Positions 1 through 11,510 are shown, numbered from the whole stretch's first letter. The stretch is 63,021 nt of DNA, filler included, from 7 parts of 7 records of this genome joined end to end with filler, not necessarily neighbours in it; one strand, 5' to 3'. Notes: generated by a model not told the origin, from the sequence alone. Numbers and translations: made by a program.

Positions 1-1
1 G

Positions 2-898
2 CAGAAAGGCCGCCAGCGTCAGTTCCACCAGATCGGCGTCGAGCTGATCGGCGTACCGACGCCGCAGGCCGATATCGAAGTGATCACGGTCGGCGCCGAT
101 ATTCTCGACGCGCTCGGTATCTTCGACGGCATCGTTCTGCAGCTGAACACCCTCGGCGACACCGAAAGCCGCCAAGCCTATCGTGGCGCGCTGGTCGAGT
201 ATCTGATGGGGTACAAGGACAGTCTGTCCGAAGACAGCCTGCGCCGGCTGGACAGCAACCCGCTGCGCATCCTCGACAGCAAGGACGAGGGCGACCGCAA
301 GATCGTCGCGGATGCGCCCTCTTTTGGTCATTACCTCAATGCCGCTTCCGAAGATTTCTATGGCACGGTGAAAGCCGGGCTTGATGCGGTCGGCATTCCC
401 TATCAGCAGAACGACCGGCTGGTGCGCGGCCTCGATTACTATTGCCACACCGCCTACGAATTCGTCACCGACCGGCTTGGCGCCCAGGGCACCGTGATGG
501 GCGGCGGACGTTATGACGGACTGGTCGAGACCATGGGCGGTCCGTCCACGCCGGGTGTCGGCTGGGCCGCCGGGATCGAGCGCATCGCCATGATGATCGA
601 CGCACCCGCCATCCCGGCACGGCCGCTGTCCCTGATCCCGGTCGGCGAGAATGCCACCATCGCGGCGATCAAGCTCGCGCACGACTTGCGCAAGGCGGGC
701 CACTCTGTCGAAATGGGTTATTCGGGAAATCTCGGAAAGCGCATGAAACGGGCCAACAAACTCAATGCCAGCCACGCCGTCATCATCGGCGAGACGGAAC
801 TCGAAAAGAGCGTAGCGACGATCCGCGACCTGGATACAGGCGCGCAAGTCGAAGTCGCTCTGGACAAGATCGGGGACCATCTCGGCGCCGAGGCCTAG
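2..898 (+). CDS. hisS: Histidyl-tRNA synthetase (5' truncated)
   Basis: Frame is open from the window edge (QKGRQRQFHQIGVE, motif 2); LVRGLDYY, GGGRYDGL and C-terminal anticodon-binding domain present. Confidence 0.97.
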   Translation, partial: QKGRQRQFHQIGVELIGVPTPQADIEVITVGADILDALGIFDGIVLQLNTLGDTESRQAYRGALVEYLMGYKDSLSEDSLRRLDSNPLRILDSKDEGDRKIVADAPSFGHYLNAASEDFYGTVKAGLDAVGIPYQQNDRLVRGLDYYCHTAYEFVTDRLGAQGTVMGGGRYDGLVETMGGPSTPGVGWAAGIERIAMMIDAPAIPARPLSLIPVGENATIAAIKLAHDLRKAGHSVEMGYSGNLGKRMKRANKLNASHAVIIGETELEKSVATIRDLDTGAQVEVALDKIGDHLGAEA

Positions 899-909
899 CG
901 AGGCGCGCG

Positions 910-2202
910 TTGGCGGACCGCTCCGCTTCCCCGCTTTTTCAGGATCTGCACCGCTTCGCCGTCGTCGGCGTCAACCACCGGACCTGTCCCGATGCGATCC
1001 GTGAGCAACTCTTCGTCGCCGACGAGGAACTGCCCGTCGTGCTCCGCTCGCTCCGGGTGTTCGGTGTCGAGGAAGCCATGCCGCTCTCGACCTGTGACCG
1101 TGTGGAAGTCGCCGGCATCTTCCCGAACCCCGAAGAAGCCCGCAGCATCATCGCGAAAATCCTCTGCGCTCCGGTCGATCTCGATCCGGCATTGCTGGAG
1201 CCATTGCTGTACCGCCATGTCGGCGGCGATGCGGTGAGCCATCTGTTCCGCGTCGCCGCGTCCCTCGACAGCCAGGTCATCGGCGAGCCTCAGATCCTCG
1301 GCCAGATGCGGGCAGGACACCGGCTGGCCCGCAACCGGAAATCCTCGGGTCCATTGCTCGATGCAACCATGAGCGCCGCCTTCGAAGCCGCCCGCCAGGT
1401 GCGCCGGGAAACCCGTATCGCAGAGGGGCCGGTTTCCATCGCCGCCGCCGCCCTTTCCGTCGCCCGCGACGTGCATGGCGCGCTGGAACGGACCCGCGCG
1501 GTGCTGCTCGGCACCGGCGAGCTTGGCCTCATTCTGGCGGAGCAGCTCCACAACACTCACGGCACACCTGTCACGGTGCTTGACCGCATTGATCGGCGTG
1601 CCGAAGCAACGGCCAAATCCATCGGCGCTCACCATGGCACCATGGACACACTTGCGGACGCGCTCGTCGATGCCGATATCGTCATCTCCGCCGTCGGAGA
1701 AGGCCGCACCCAGCTGACTGAGGACATGATCGGGCGCGCACTGGTGAAGCGCCGCTACCGGCCGATCTTCCTGGTCGACCTCTCGATACCCTGCGATATC
1801 GATCCGGCGGTCAACAGGGTCGACGAGGCTTTCCTGTTCGACCTGGAAGATCTGGAGCGGTCGGCTACTGAAGGAAAAAACGCCCGGCGCGCCGAAGCGG
1901 AAGCAGCCCGCGAGATGATCGATGTCGCCGTCGCCCGGTTCCTTTCGGATCAGAGCGGGCGCATCGCCGCCCCCTCCATCGCGCGGCTTCGGGCGCATCT
2001 CGAAGGCATGCGCGACATTCTGCATGCGGAGCAGCCGAACCTTTCCGCAGAAGACGCGACCCGCCTGCTGCTGAAACGCATCATGCATGGCCCGTCGGAA
2101 CATCTCCGGCGCCTGGCGGCAACGGACAATCTGGACGACCGGACACTCTCCACCCTGGAGGAACTGTTCGGTCTCGACCAAGAACAAGGAGACGACCTGT
2201 GA
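910..2202 (+). CDS. hemA: Glutamyl-tRNA reductase
   Basis: [16 protein letters not shown] (TCNR-like catalytic Cys), [26 protein letters not shown] motif, [10 protein letters not shown]; overlaps prfA. Confidence 0.93.
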   Translation: MADRSASPLFQDLHRFAVVGVNHRTCPDAIREQLFVADEELPVVLRSLRVFGVEEAMPLSTCDRVEVAGIFPNPEEARSIIAKILCAPVDLDPALLEPLLYRHVGGDAVSHLFRVAASLDSQVIGEPQILGQMRAGHRLARNRKSSGPLLDATMSAAFEAARQVRRETRIAEGPVSIAAAALSVARDVHGALERTRAVLLGTGELGLILAEQLHNTHGTPVTVLDRIDRRAEATAKSIGAHHGTMDTLADALVDADIVISAVGEGRTQLTEDMIGRALVKRRYRPIFLVDLSIPCDIDPAVNRVDEAFLFDLEDLERSATEGKNARRAEAEAAREMIDVAVARFLSDQSGRIAAPSIARLRAHLEGMRDILHAEQPNLSAEDATRLLLKRIMHGPSEHLRRLAATDNLDDRTLSTLEELFGLDQEQGDDL

Positions 2203-3254
2203 GCTTGCAGGCAAATCTGGAACGCGTGCTGGCCCGTCACAAGGAACTGGAAGCCATTCTGGCCTCCGGGGACAGCTCGGACATAGCCAGGCTGTCAAAA
2301 GAACTGTCGGAACTCGCGCCCATCGCCCAGAAGGTGGTGGAGCTGAACGACATGCGCCGCGAGCTGTCCGAGGCCCGCGAGCTGCTCGAAGATCCGGACA
2401 TGGCGGACATGGCCGGTGAGGAGATCCAGCGGCTGGAAAAGGCACTGCCGGCTCTTGAGCACGAAGTCCAGATCCTGCTGCTGCCGAAGGACGAAGCGGA
2501 CGAGAAGAACGCCATTCTCGAAGTCCGGGCCGGTACCGGTGGAGACGAAGCGGCGCTGTTTGCCAGCGACCTGTTCGGCATGTATCAGCGCTATGCCGCT
2601 CTGAAGGGCTGGAAGTTCGAGGTCATGGAAGTCTCCGAAAACGATATCGGCGGCTACAAGGAAGCGACCGCCGAGATCACCGGCCGCTCCGTCTTCGCGC
2701 GCCTCAAGTTCGAGTCCGGTGTGCACCGGGTACAGCGGGTGCCTGTGACCGAGTCCGGCGGCCGTATTCACACTTCCGCCGCGACCGTCGCGGTGTTGCC
2801 GGAAGCCGAGGATGTCGACCTCCATATTGAGGACAAGGATCTCCGGGTCGATGTGTTCCGGGCCAGCGGCGCAGGCGGACAGCACGTCAACACCACGGAA
2901 AGCGCGGTCCGCATCACCCATATTCCGTCAGGCATCGTGGTCTCCCAGCAGGACGAGAAGTCGCAGCACAAGAACCGGGCCAAGGCGATGAAGATCCTGC
3001 GCGCCCGGCTCTACGATCATGAACGCCAGCGCCTTGCCAGCGAACGGGCGGCAGACCGCAAGGACCAGATCGGCAGCGGCGACCGGTCGGAACGTATCCG
3101 GACCTACAATTTCCCGCAGGGCCGGGTCTCCGATCACCGCATAAACCTGACTCTCTACAAGATCGAGAAGGTGATCGCCGGGGAGGCCCTGGACGAGCTG
3201 GTCGACGCTCTGACGGCTGAAGACGAGGCCGCCCGCCTCGCCACGATGAGCTGA
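2199..3254 (+). CDS. prfA: Peptide chain release factor 1
   Basis: GAGGQHVN (GGQ), RVPVTE (PxT of RF1), [16 protein letters not shown]. Confidence 0.98.
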   Translation: MSLQANLERVLARHKELEAILASGDSSDIARLSKELSELAPIAQKVVELNDMRRELSEARELLEDPDMADMAGEEIQRLEKALPALEHEVQILLLPKDEADEKNAILEVRAGTGGDEAALFASDLFGMYQRYAALKGWKFEVMEVSENDIGGYKEATAEITGRSVFARLKFESGVHRVQRVPVTESGGRIHTSAATVAVLPEAEDVDLHIEDKDLRVDVFRASGAGGQHVNTTESAVRITHIPSGIVVSQQDEKSQHKNRAKAMKILRARLYDHERQRLASERAADRKDQIGSGDRSERIRTYNFPQGRVSDHRINLTLYKIEKVIAGEALDELVDALTAEDEAARLATMS

Positions 3255-4123
3255 TGACACCGGAGCAACCCAAAGAAGCGGCAACGGTCGGTGATTTACT
3301 GCAGGCTGCAACGCGCCGTCTGACGGCGGAGGGCAACGACAATCCCCGGCTTGATGCCAGGCTTCTGCTCGCGCACGCGCTTGGCGCGGAAGGGCGGCTG
3401 CATGGCCAGGAAGAGGATCCGGTTACGGCCAAGGAACGCAGCCGCTTTGCCGCCTTCCTGGCACGCCGGATCGGCGGGGAGCCGGTATCCCGCATTCTTG
3501 GAACCCGCGAGTTCTGGAGTCTTGAATTCGCACTGTCCCCCGCGACCCTAGACCCGCGTCCGGACAGCGAGACCGTGATCGACACCCTTCTGGAGCTGCG
3601 TCAGGACCGTAACCGGGCCTACCGCATCCTCGATCTGGGCACCGGAACAGGCTGCCTCCTGCTGGCCGCCCTCTCCGAATTTCCGCATGCAGAAGGCATC
3701 GGCGTGGACATCAATGCGGATTGCATCGAAGTTGCCCGTCAAAACGCAGAGAAACTATGTCTTTCCTCTCGCGCACGAATGATCCTTTCCCGGTGGGCGG
3801 ACAATGTGAACGGACCATTCGATATCGTGCTTTCCAACCCGCCATATATTCCCACAACCGACATCGCATCCCTGCAACCAGAAGTAAAATCACACGACCC
3901 GATGCAAGCGCTGGACGGTGGTCCGGATGGGCTTGACGCCTATCGCAACATCGCGGAATGCCTGCCTTCCCTACTCGGTGAAGACGGCCTCGCAGTGCTC
4001 GAATTTGGAGAAGGCCAGGGACCGGATATTTTCCATATCATGGAAAGGTCGGGCCTCACCGTGGAAGGGTTTCGAAAGGATCTGGCGGGCATCGAGCGCT
4101 GCATCATGGTCCGCCGGACATAG
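3254..4123 (+). CDS. prmC: Release factor glutamine methyltransferase
   Basis: LDLGTGTG SAM motif, SNPPY, PRPDSE; directly follows prfA. Confidence 0.97.
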   Translation: MTPEQPKEAATVGDLLQAATRRLTAEGNDNPRLDARLLLAHALGAEGRLHGQEEDPVTAKERSRFAAFLARRIGGEPVSRILGTREFWSLEFALSPATLDPRPDSETVIDTLLELRQDRNRAYRILDLGTGTGCLLLAALSEFPHAEGIGVDINADCIEVARQNAEKLCLSSRARMILSRWADNVNGPFDIVLSNPPYIPTTDIASLQPEVKSHDPMQALDGGPDGLDAYRNIAECLPSLLGEDGLAVLEFGEGQGPDIFHIMERSGLTVEGFRKDLAGIERCIMVRRT

Positions 4124-4388
4124 CCCATCCCCCTCCTCGCGGCACATGGCGGCGGGGGGAATTAGAACTTGGAATGCCGCGCCCAAACCGGTATTCTCCC
4201 CTGTATGCAATGGATGCCGGAGGGGGCATGTCTGTTGCAGGAAACCATCCTGGTTATGAGACGTAAGCATCGGCTTGGGCAAAGCTCGACCGATTGCTCC
4301 GGATGTTTCGATCACACACGCGGTGTGGATCGGTGTTTTGGCACGGGGCCATACGTGGCGCCCTTTAAAAACGGCAAAGTAATCAACC

Positions 4389-5153
4389 ATGAGACAGGGT
4401 CCACATCAGAAGCGTGGGCGGGGCCGCGGCGGAAATAATAATAACCGTCGCCCGAATGTCCCCAACAGGAACCAAACCTTTGACAGCAACGGCCCCGATA
4501 TCCGGATCCGTGGCAATGCGCATCAGGTGTATGAAAAATACCTGACCCTCGCGCGCGATGCCTCGACTGCCGGTGACCGGGTTCATGCCGAGAGTTTATT
4601 CCAGCATGCGGATCACTATTTCCGCATCTACAGCGCCTATAACGAAGAGAACGAGGCGCGCCGGAATACCTCCCAGCAGGACAACGGCCAGAATCAGGAT
4701 CAACCGTCGCGCGGCGACGATGATTTTGAAGCGGGCAGTCATGGTTCCAGGGAAGGTCATTCAACCCAGCCCTCTGCCCCCCAGGCGCAATCGCAATCAG
4801 ACGAAGGCGATGCTCCATCCCGAAAAACGCGCAGCGAGCGTCGGCAGGATGCGGAAGCGGCCGAGCAGACTGAACAGCCTGCCGAGCAGCCTCAGCAGGA
4901 GCGTCCTCCCCGTCAGCCTCGCCGCCGTCGCAGCCCGGCAGCGGCGCAGGAAGCCGCAGCTCCGGCAGCGGATGATTCCGCACTAAGGGCAATGCTCGGT
5001 GCCAGTGAAAGCGGCGCACCGAAAGCCGCCGCTGAAGCCGCTCCGGCGGCCAGCAGTGAAGAGCCGGAAGCAAAGCCGGTTCGGCGCCGAGGCCGTCCGC
5101 GCAAGGTCGTGGAACCGGTGGAGCAGGCTCTTCCGCTCGCCGGTGAAGACTGA
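4389..5153 (+). CDS. DUF4167 domain protein with long low-complexity C-terminus
   Basis: N-terminal FDSNGPDIRIRGNAHQVYEKYLTLARDA...QHADHYFR; typical alphaproteobacterial position between prmC and clpB. Confidence 0.88.
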   Translation: MRQGPHQKRGRGRGGNNNNRRPNVPNRNQTFDSNGPDIRIRGNAHQVYEKYLTLARDASTAGDRVHAESLFQHADHYFRIYSAYNEENEARRNTSQQDNGQNQDQPSRGDDDFEAGSHGSREGHSTQPSAPQAQSQSDEGDAPSRKTRSERRQDAEAAEQTEQPAEQPQQERPPRQPRRRRSPAAAQEAAAPAADDSALRAMLGASESGAPKAAAEAAPAASSEEPEAKPVRRRGRPRKVVEPVEQALPLAGED

Positions 5154-5191
5154 TCCGGCAAAACTGGCCGACGGACCATCAATCGCTATTG

Positions 5192-5225
5192 AAAACCGGT
5201 CGTCAGAAATGACGGCCGGTTTTTT
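5192..5225. terminator. Bidirectional intrinsic terminator
   Basis: AAAACCGGTCGTCA-GAAA-TGACGGCCGGTTTTTT between convergent DUF4167 and GNAT genes. Confidence 0.8.
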
Positions 5226-5237
5226 AATGCGGAGATA

Positions 5238-5690
5238 TCAGGTCCGCCCCTGGATCTGCTTTGTGAAGAGATAGGAGCGTGACGACGAGCGCTCATACCC
5301 GATGCGCTCGTAAAAGGCATGGGCACCGGTCCGGCGCTCATTCGATGACAGGGTAATGCTGGAACAGCCAAGCTCACGGGCCAGCCTTTCCGCCTCGGCC
5401 ATGAGCTGCCGCCCGGCCCCGCTGCCCCGCGCCTGCTCATCCACGACAAGCGCCTGCACACGCAGCATCACGCCCCTGTCGATCGTGACCGCTCGATAGC
5501 AATGCAGATATCCGAGCAGGACATCCCCGGCAAATGCACCGAAAGCGCGGTGGCCGGATGTGCCGAGAACCGCCGCAATACGGGTGACGGCCTCTTCCGG
5601 CCCCAGCTCATATCCGAGCTGCACCGTGAGGCCGGCGACTTTCACCGCATCCCCGGTTGTCAAATTCCGCAAACTCAGGTGATCCGCCAC
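5238..5690 (-). CDS. GNAT family N-acetyltransferase
   Basis: LVVDEQARGSGAGRQLM acetyl-CoA motif A; AHAFYERIGY. Confidence 0.9.
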   Translation of the reverse strand: MADHLSLRNLTTGDAVKVAGLTVQLGYELGPEEAVTRIAAVLGTSGHRAFGAFAGDVLLGYLHCYRAVTIDRGVMLRVQALVVDEQARGSGAGRQLMAEAERLARELGCSSITLSSNERRTGAHAFYERIGYERSSSRSYLFTKQIQGRT

Positions 5691-5724
5691 CAGAATACGC
5701 CGCTTTCTTGGTCAGTCTGGTGGT

Positions 5725-6486
5725 CTAGAGAACCGTGATCCCGTCACCGACACTGATCGTGCCGCCGCCGGTCACATCGACATAGATGCCGCAATCGGTA
5801 TGGCCGAACCCGTTCTGCAGGTCCCTCGGGATCGTAAGATCGCGCTGGGCCGTGGCCGGATCGACATTGGTCGCCGGGCAGCGGCCGATCCGTTCGGCAA
5901 CGCGGATTTCGGCCGCACCGATTTTCACCGTCTTTCCGACCCAGGTGAATTCTTCCCAGGCCGGCACGCCCTCAATCAGGAGATTGCCCCGGAACCGCAG
6001 CGGATCGACCGGCTGGCCGACAACGCGTTCGAGATCGCGGACACTTTCCAGATTGATGATCGAGACGAAGGGAACCTTCACGTCGGAATAGGGCTGATCG
6101 CCACTTTCGACAATGCGCGGCTGTCCCCGGCTTTCCTTCGTCATGAAGGCCGCGAAGAACTGTTCAAGCACCGTCCGTCCATTGACGTCGGTCAGCTTGC
6201 CGCTGGCGACGTTACGGCCCTTGCGCCAGATCTGCAGGATCTCGCTCTCATCGTCGAAACGCGCTTCCAGTTGAGCGAGTTTCTCGGCCTGGGCCAGTTG
6301 CAGGAAATTGGCTTTCGCCTTCCAATCCCGGTCTCCGGCCTCCGCCCGCCGCGCTGCCGCGCCATGCAGAATGCCGAAACGACGGTCGTTCGGGAGCATG
6401 CGCCCCGCTTCCAGCGGAACGCTCTCCAAGGATTCTCCGGTCATACCCTTGACCGGGAACCTGTATATCGCACTGATTTTTCCCAT
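5725..6486 (-). CDS. MOSC domain protein (YcbX/YiiM-like)
   Basis: [27 protein letters not shown] motifs; ATG at 6486 chosen over the longer ORF start. Confidence 0.9.
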   Translation of the reverse strand: MGKISAIYRFPVKGMTGESLESVPLEAGRMLPNDRRFGILHGAAARRAEAGDRDWKAKANFLQLAQAEKLAQLEARFDDESEILQIWRKGRNVASGKLTDVNGRTVLEQFFAAFMTKESRGQPRIVESGDQPYSDVKVPFVSIINLESVRDLERVVGQPVDPLRFRGNLLIEGVPAWEEFTWVGKTVKIGAAEIRVAERIGRCPATNVDPATAQRDLTIPRDLQNGFGHTDCGIYVDVTGGGTISVGDGITVL

Positions 6487-6539
6487 ACTGCACCGCACAA
6501 TAAATGGCTTCGAAAGCCTGTCAACTCGCATTCCCGCCA

Positions 6540-6567
6540 CTTGCGATACCCCGCCCACTCCCCATAT
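6540..6567 (+). promoter_or_regulatory. RpoH (sigma32) promoter of clpB
   Basis: CTTGCG-N14-CCCCATAT upstream of a heat-shock gene. Confidence 0.7.
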
Positions 6568-6736
6568 CTGGGATGTGGGTTCCGGATGCCACAATCGGGT
6601 CCGGCCCCCTTCCAAGACGGAACGCAATCGGCGATGCTGTAATGATCGTCCGCGCATTCCGGAAAGAGGCTCACGTGCCGCCATATTGGGGCACACGGAG
6701 CTGTATCGGCAACCTTGCGGTACGAAGGAGACGACC

Positions 6737-7933
6737 GTGGATTTCGAAAAACTCTCGGAGCGCCTGCGCGGCTTTATTCAATCGGCGCAGACTTACGCAA
6801 CCGGTGCAGGCCATCAGCGCCTGACCCCCGAACACCTGCTGAAAGTCCTGCTCGACGATAAGGAGGGCATGTGCGCCAAGCTTATCGACGCGTCGGGCGG
6901 CGATGCGAAAGCGGCCCGCCTCGCGGTCGAGGCCGAACTCGGCAAGCTGCCCACGGTTGAAGGCAGTGGTGCCGGGCAAGTTTATCTCGCCCCCGAAACC
7001 GCCCGTCTGCTGACCCAGGCGCAGGAAGTCGCCGAAAAGGCCGGTGACAGCTTCATCACGGTGGAGCGGCTTTTGCTCGCCATCACCATGGCGGAAGGCA
7101 CCGCTGCGGCCCGTATCCTGAAGGATGCAGGCCTCACCGCACAGGCCCTGAACCAGACCATCAACGACGTCCGCAAGGGCCGCAAGGCGGACAGCGCAAC
7201 GGCCGAGAACTCTTACGAAGCGCTGGATAAATACACCCAGGACATGACCGAGGCGGCCCGCGACGGCAAGCTTGATCCGGTGATCGGCCGGGACGAGGAA
7301 ATCCGCCGGACCATCCAGGTACTTTCCCGCCGGACCAAGAACAACCCGGTGCTGATCGGTGAGCCCGGCGTCGGCAAGACCGCGCTGATCGAGGGACTGG
7401 CGCTGCGCATCGTGAATGGTGACGTGCCAGAGCCGCTGAAGCAGAAGCGGTTGCTGACGCTCGACCTCGGCGCGCTGATCGCCGGAGCCAAGTTCCGGGG
7501 TGAGTTCGAGGAACGGCTGAAAGCAGTCCTTCAGGAAGTCTCCCACTCCGAGGGCGATATCATTCTCTTCATCGACGAGCTGCACACGCTGGTCGGTGCC
7601 GGTGCGGCGGAAGGCGCAATGGATGCCTCCAACATGCTGAAGCCTGCCCTCGCCCGTGGCGAGTTGCACTGCGTCGGCGCCACCACGCTGGACGAGTATC
7701 GCAAGCATATCGAAAAGGACGCGGCACTGGCCCGGCGCTTCCAGCCGGTCTTCGTGGAAGAGCCGAATGTGATCGACGCAATCTCGATCCTGCGCGGCCT
7801 GAAGGAGAAGTACGAGCTGCACCATGGTGTGCGGATCACCGACAGCGCGCTGGTCTCCGCTGCAAACCTCTCCAACCGCTACATCACCGACCGGTTCTTG
7901 CCGGACAAGGCCATCGACCTGATGGACGAGGCG
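6737..7933 (+). CDS. clpB: ATP-dependent chaperone ClpB (3' truncated)
   Basis: GTG start after [52 protein letters not shown]. Confidence 0.96.
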
Positions 7934-8033
7934 NNNNNNNNNNNNNNNNNNNNNNNNNNNNNNNNNNNNNNNNNNNNTTAATTAATTAANNNNNNNNNNN
8001 NNNNNNNNNNNNNNNNNNNNNNNNNNNNNNNNN
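7934..8033. other. Artificial contig linker
   Basis: N-run, TTAATTAATTAA (stops in six frames), N-run; 100 bp. Confidence 0.99.
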
Positions 8034-10867
8034 CATCATCATCATCATAGTCGTCGTCGTCGTAATCAGAATCACCATGACCGCTGTCACCACTACTGAC
8101 GTCCTCTTCACTATCCATAACTGGGAGATGGCCAGATCTCCGCCTAAATGAGTAGCAAGACTCGCATATCTTCATCATGGACCCATCTTCTTGGTGGTTG
8201 TACCGCCGGTAGCCCTTGCCTCGCCGTTCACTAAACTCCCGCTCACAATGTTGGCACCGCTCATCTGGTACCTCGTCACCATCGTCCGAATCAACATTTT
8301 CGTCCTCAGCCTCACTGTCAACATCATCACTAACATCGCTACCAAGACGATCTTCTGAAGAATCGTCCCCAGGCAGATGACCCTCCAGATTCCGGAATGA
8401 GTAACACGCTCTACATATCTTGATAGTGTTTCCGTCCGCCATCACATGGTTGTATCGCCGCAAGCAGGGAGTCTTGCGCCCCGGCACAACCGAGCGCGAG
8501 AATTCACTCTCGCAATGCTGACAAACACTATTACTGCCATCCTTGGAGCCATGACCGCCTCCCTTCCCTCCCGCTCCGGCTTCTTGCCCAGGCAGATGGC
8601 CTTTCGATCGCCTGAATACATAACAAGCACCGCAAATCTTAATAATCTCTCCATGGGCCGTCTCGTGGTTGTATCGCCGCACGCAGGGACTCCGCCTCCC
8701 CGACAACAACGTGCTCTCGAATTTTCTCTCACAATGCTGACAATTTCGGACCAATGGGTGATCTTCAACATCATCACTTGCGTCCTTGGAGACATGACCG
8801 TCTCCCCTCCCTTCCCCTCCGGCTTCTTGCTCAGGCAGATGGCCATTCAACCGCCTAAATTCATAGCAACCACCGCAAATCTTCATAACCTCGCCCCGGG
8901 CCGTCTCATAGTTGTAACGCCGGAAGACATTACTACTACCCCTGACAGGGAATGCCCGATCACAGTGCTGACAATGCGAGATAACTTGAGAACTACCACC
9001 GCCGGCAGAATGTTTTGCCTCAATAGCACCATTGTCATAGCTCTGTTGTTTTCCATTGTCGGGGAGGCGGCCCTTTGCCTGTTTGAACAGGTGACAAGAC
9101 TCACAGATCTTAATCACTTCCCCGCCCTTCATCTCGTGACTGTAGCGCCTGATACGGTTCCCCCGCGTCTGAGTAAACTCCTGCTCACAATGCTGACACA
9201 AAGGCAGCGGCTCGGCGGCAGCAGCTTCGGCGGGGCTAGCTTGTTCGGCACGCCCGTCTTCGTCGCAATGTCCAACATTGTCCGGCCGCCTGATTTCGTC
9301 CCCTGCTGGGATTCTGCCGTGTTCGCACTTGAAAAGGTAACAGCGATCACAGATTTTGATGACAGTGTCATCCTCCAGGCGGTGGTTGTATCTCCGGAAG
9401 AATTCCGATGCATTACCTTGTTTGAAATAACGGCTGGCCTTACGGACAAACTGGCAATTGCAATTCTGGCAATATCGCGGGAGGTTATCGCTTTGGGAAC
9501 GGGGGCCTTCAGCACCCAAGTCGCGCAGGCACCCATTGTTGCGTACAGACACATAACACTTAGTGCAGATCTTGATGATCCTCCCATCCTTCGATTCATA
9601 GTTATATCTCCGGGGGGCCTTCCCTGGCCTCGGTGAAAAGCTCGTGCTACAATGCTCACAGCGCGATGGAAGATGCTGGCCGCCATCGCGCCCACGCCCC
9701 TGGTCCTCGCCTTCACCGCGGCCCTCGCAAGCACGATCAGGGGACACATCCGGGAGATGTCCGTTCGCACGCTTAAAAGCGTAGCAGAGGTCACAAATTT
9801 TGATGCTCCCTCCTCCACTCCCAACGTGATTGTACCGACGCAGGGCCCCATTGCTACACTTCTTCCTGAAAGAACCACAACAGTGGTCACACCTGGGTGG
9901 ACCATCAACCACGTTTCCATTCTCATCGTTATCAAGATTTCTGACGCCATCATCAGCCGTCTTTCGTGACTCCGTTAAGACCCAACCTTGGCTGCGGCCA
10001 TCTATGCAAACAACGGGTTCAACAATACTTGAGAGCTTCGACTTGTCGTTCCGCACTTGATCAAGCTCCTGGAGATGGCCATACTTCAGCACGAACGCAC
10101 TACAACGCCCGCATATCTTCAGGGCCTCCCCTTCCGTCACATGGTGATCATGGATAATCTTGCACCCGTTGTCACCATGCGCAAAAGGCCTGTCGCAGTG
10201 GTCGCAATGCGTGGGGCTATCTTTGGTCTGGAAAGGCGGCCCGGCCAGCGGAAGGCTGTCGCAACCGGTGTCGCCAGCACTAGGAGAACGTTCAGAGTCT
10301 CTCTCTGGAAGATCCACTTGCATCGCCCCGGGACTGTTCGCCGCGATTTGCGACTCCGAGCCCGAGTCGCGCGGGTCGGCCCCGCCATCACTGCTGCTAG
10401 AAATCTCCTCGACTATCACACGTTTCCTCTTCTTGGCGACAATGGTGTGGCTCACGCAAGGTGTTCCTGCGAGCAACGTTATAAATCTCACTTCAAAAAA
10501 TCACATAGAGAACACAGCAGGACATTGAGCCGCTAAGATCGACACAGATCACGAACTGGCGGTTGGAAACGAAATATCAAGAAGTGGGAGGCTTGAAGAG
10601 ACGTATTGTGGCGGGGAGAATGGTGGTTTGACTCTAGACTGCCGTGCGAACCGGCCTACCTTTCCCTCTAGGAGGGGACGCGAGCGCTTCGTCCTCGTCG
10701 GTCTCGTCCTCCACAACAACACGACGCCTCTTGCGGGCAACAGGCTGCGCCCCGACAACCTCGGTATGAACCCTTGCATTCACTTCAGCGGCACCACCGT
10801 GGCCGCGTCTGCCATCTGCCTCCCGACCTTGGTGCTGAGTGAGCCTGGCCCTGCCACGCAAAGGCAT
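8034..10867 (-). CDS. Eukaryotic protein with nine tandem GATA-like C4 zinc-finger repeats; spliced (intron 10467-10659), 3' truncated
   Basis: Nine repeats C-x-[HN]-C...RRYNH...[IM]KICxxCYxF[RK]xxxGHLP; GT-AG intron is phase-consistent (AAAG|GTAGG ... CTCGCAG|GAACA); NLS-like ARKRRR and KKRKR; acidic tail; start ATG 10867 tentative. Confidence 0.75.
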
Positions 10868-11089
10868 CCGGATACCCTTAAAAGCCTGCAGGCTATCAGT
10901 CGGTGACAGCTTCGGAGTGAAGCAGGGATACTTCACCGGGGTGAGTGCGTCGGCCCATGGAGGCTTGGATTGGCCTTACCCAAGTGGACCAATAGGATCA
11001 GACCGAGCCGTTGGCGTTGCGTCGTTTCTCCAACGAACTGGTCCGGGCGAAAGGAACTTGGGAGACCGGAAGAGACCTCGCCTGCGATC

Positions 11090-11510
11090 CGCTCGAGGGC
11101 GCGGCCGAGCGGCAACCACCAGTCCTCCACATCACCTGGCCGCGAGCTACGTAGGGGCCATTCAAGGCCGGCCCCGGGCGGGCACCCGGCCGCTCGCCGC
11201 ACCGGACGCACGCCCGCCCATCGAGTCTGCCCGGCCGGCGCCCCCTCGGCGGGCGGGCCGCGCCGTCGCGGCGCGGGCCGGCGGGTCCGGGCCGGTCCGG
11301 CGGGCCAGTCCAGCGGGCCCGGGCAGTGGCCGGGATGGCCCCGAGCGGATGGGACACGACGCCCTGGCGGGGCCCCGCCGGGCTCACTGGCTCGGCGGCC
11401 GGCGGTTGGCTGGCGGGGGGGGCGCCCGGCCGCGGCCGCGGCCCGCACCGCGGGCCGGATGGCGCGTCCGGCCGCGACGGTTCGGACCCGAAAGCCCGCC
11501 TCCGGCGGAG
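11090..11510. other. Extremely GC-rich low-complexity tract between divergent genes
   Basis: Near-continuous GGCC/CCGG/GCGG runs; only Arg/Gly/Pro/Ala-rich spurious ORFs. Confidence 0.6.

Noticed and set aside
895-2445. 516-aa minus-strand ORF
   Set aside because: Antisense shadow of hemA/prfA in high-GC DNA; no motifs
6308-6736. N-terminal extension of the clpB ORF and the overlapping extension of the MOSC ORF
   Set aside because: An RBS plus GTG at 6737 and ATG at 6486 give normal-length proteins; the extensions cover the promoter region
7978-7989. Recurrent TTAATTAATTAA palindrome
   Set aside because: Synthetic six-frame-stop linker inside N-runs; not biological
8446-9636. 396-aa hydrophobic plus-strand ORF
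   Set aside because: Antisense to the zinc-finger repeats; its periodicity merely mirrors them
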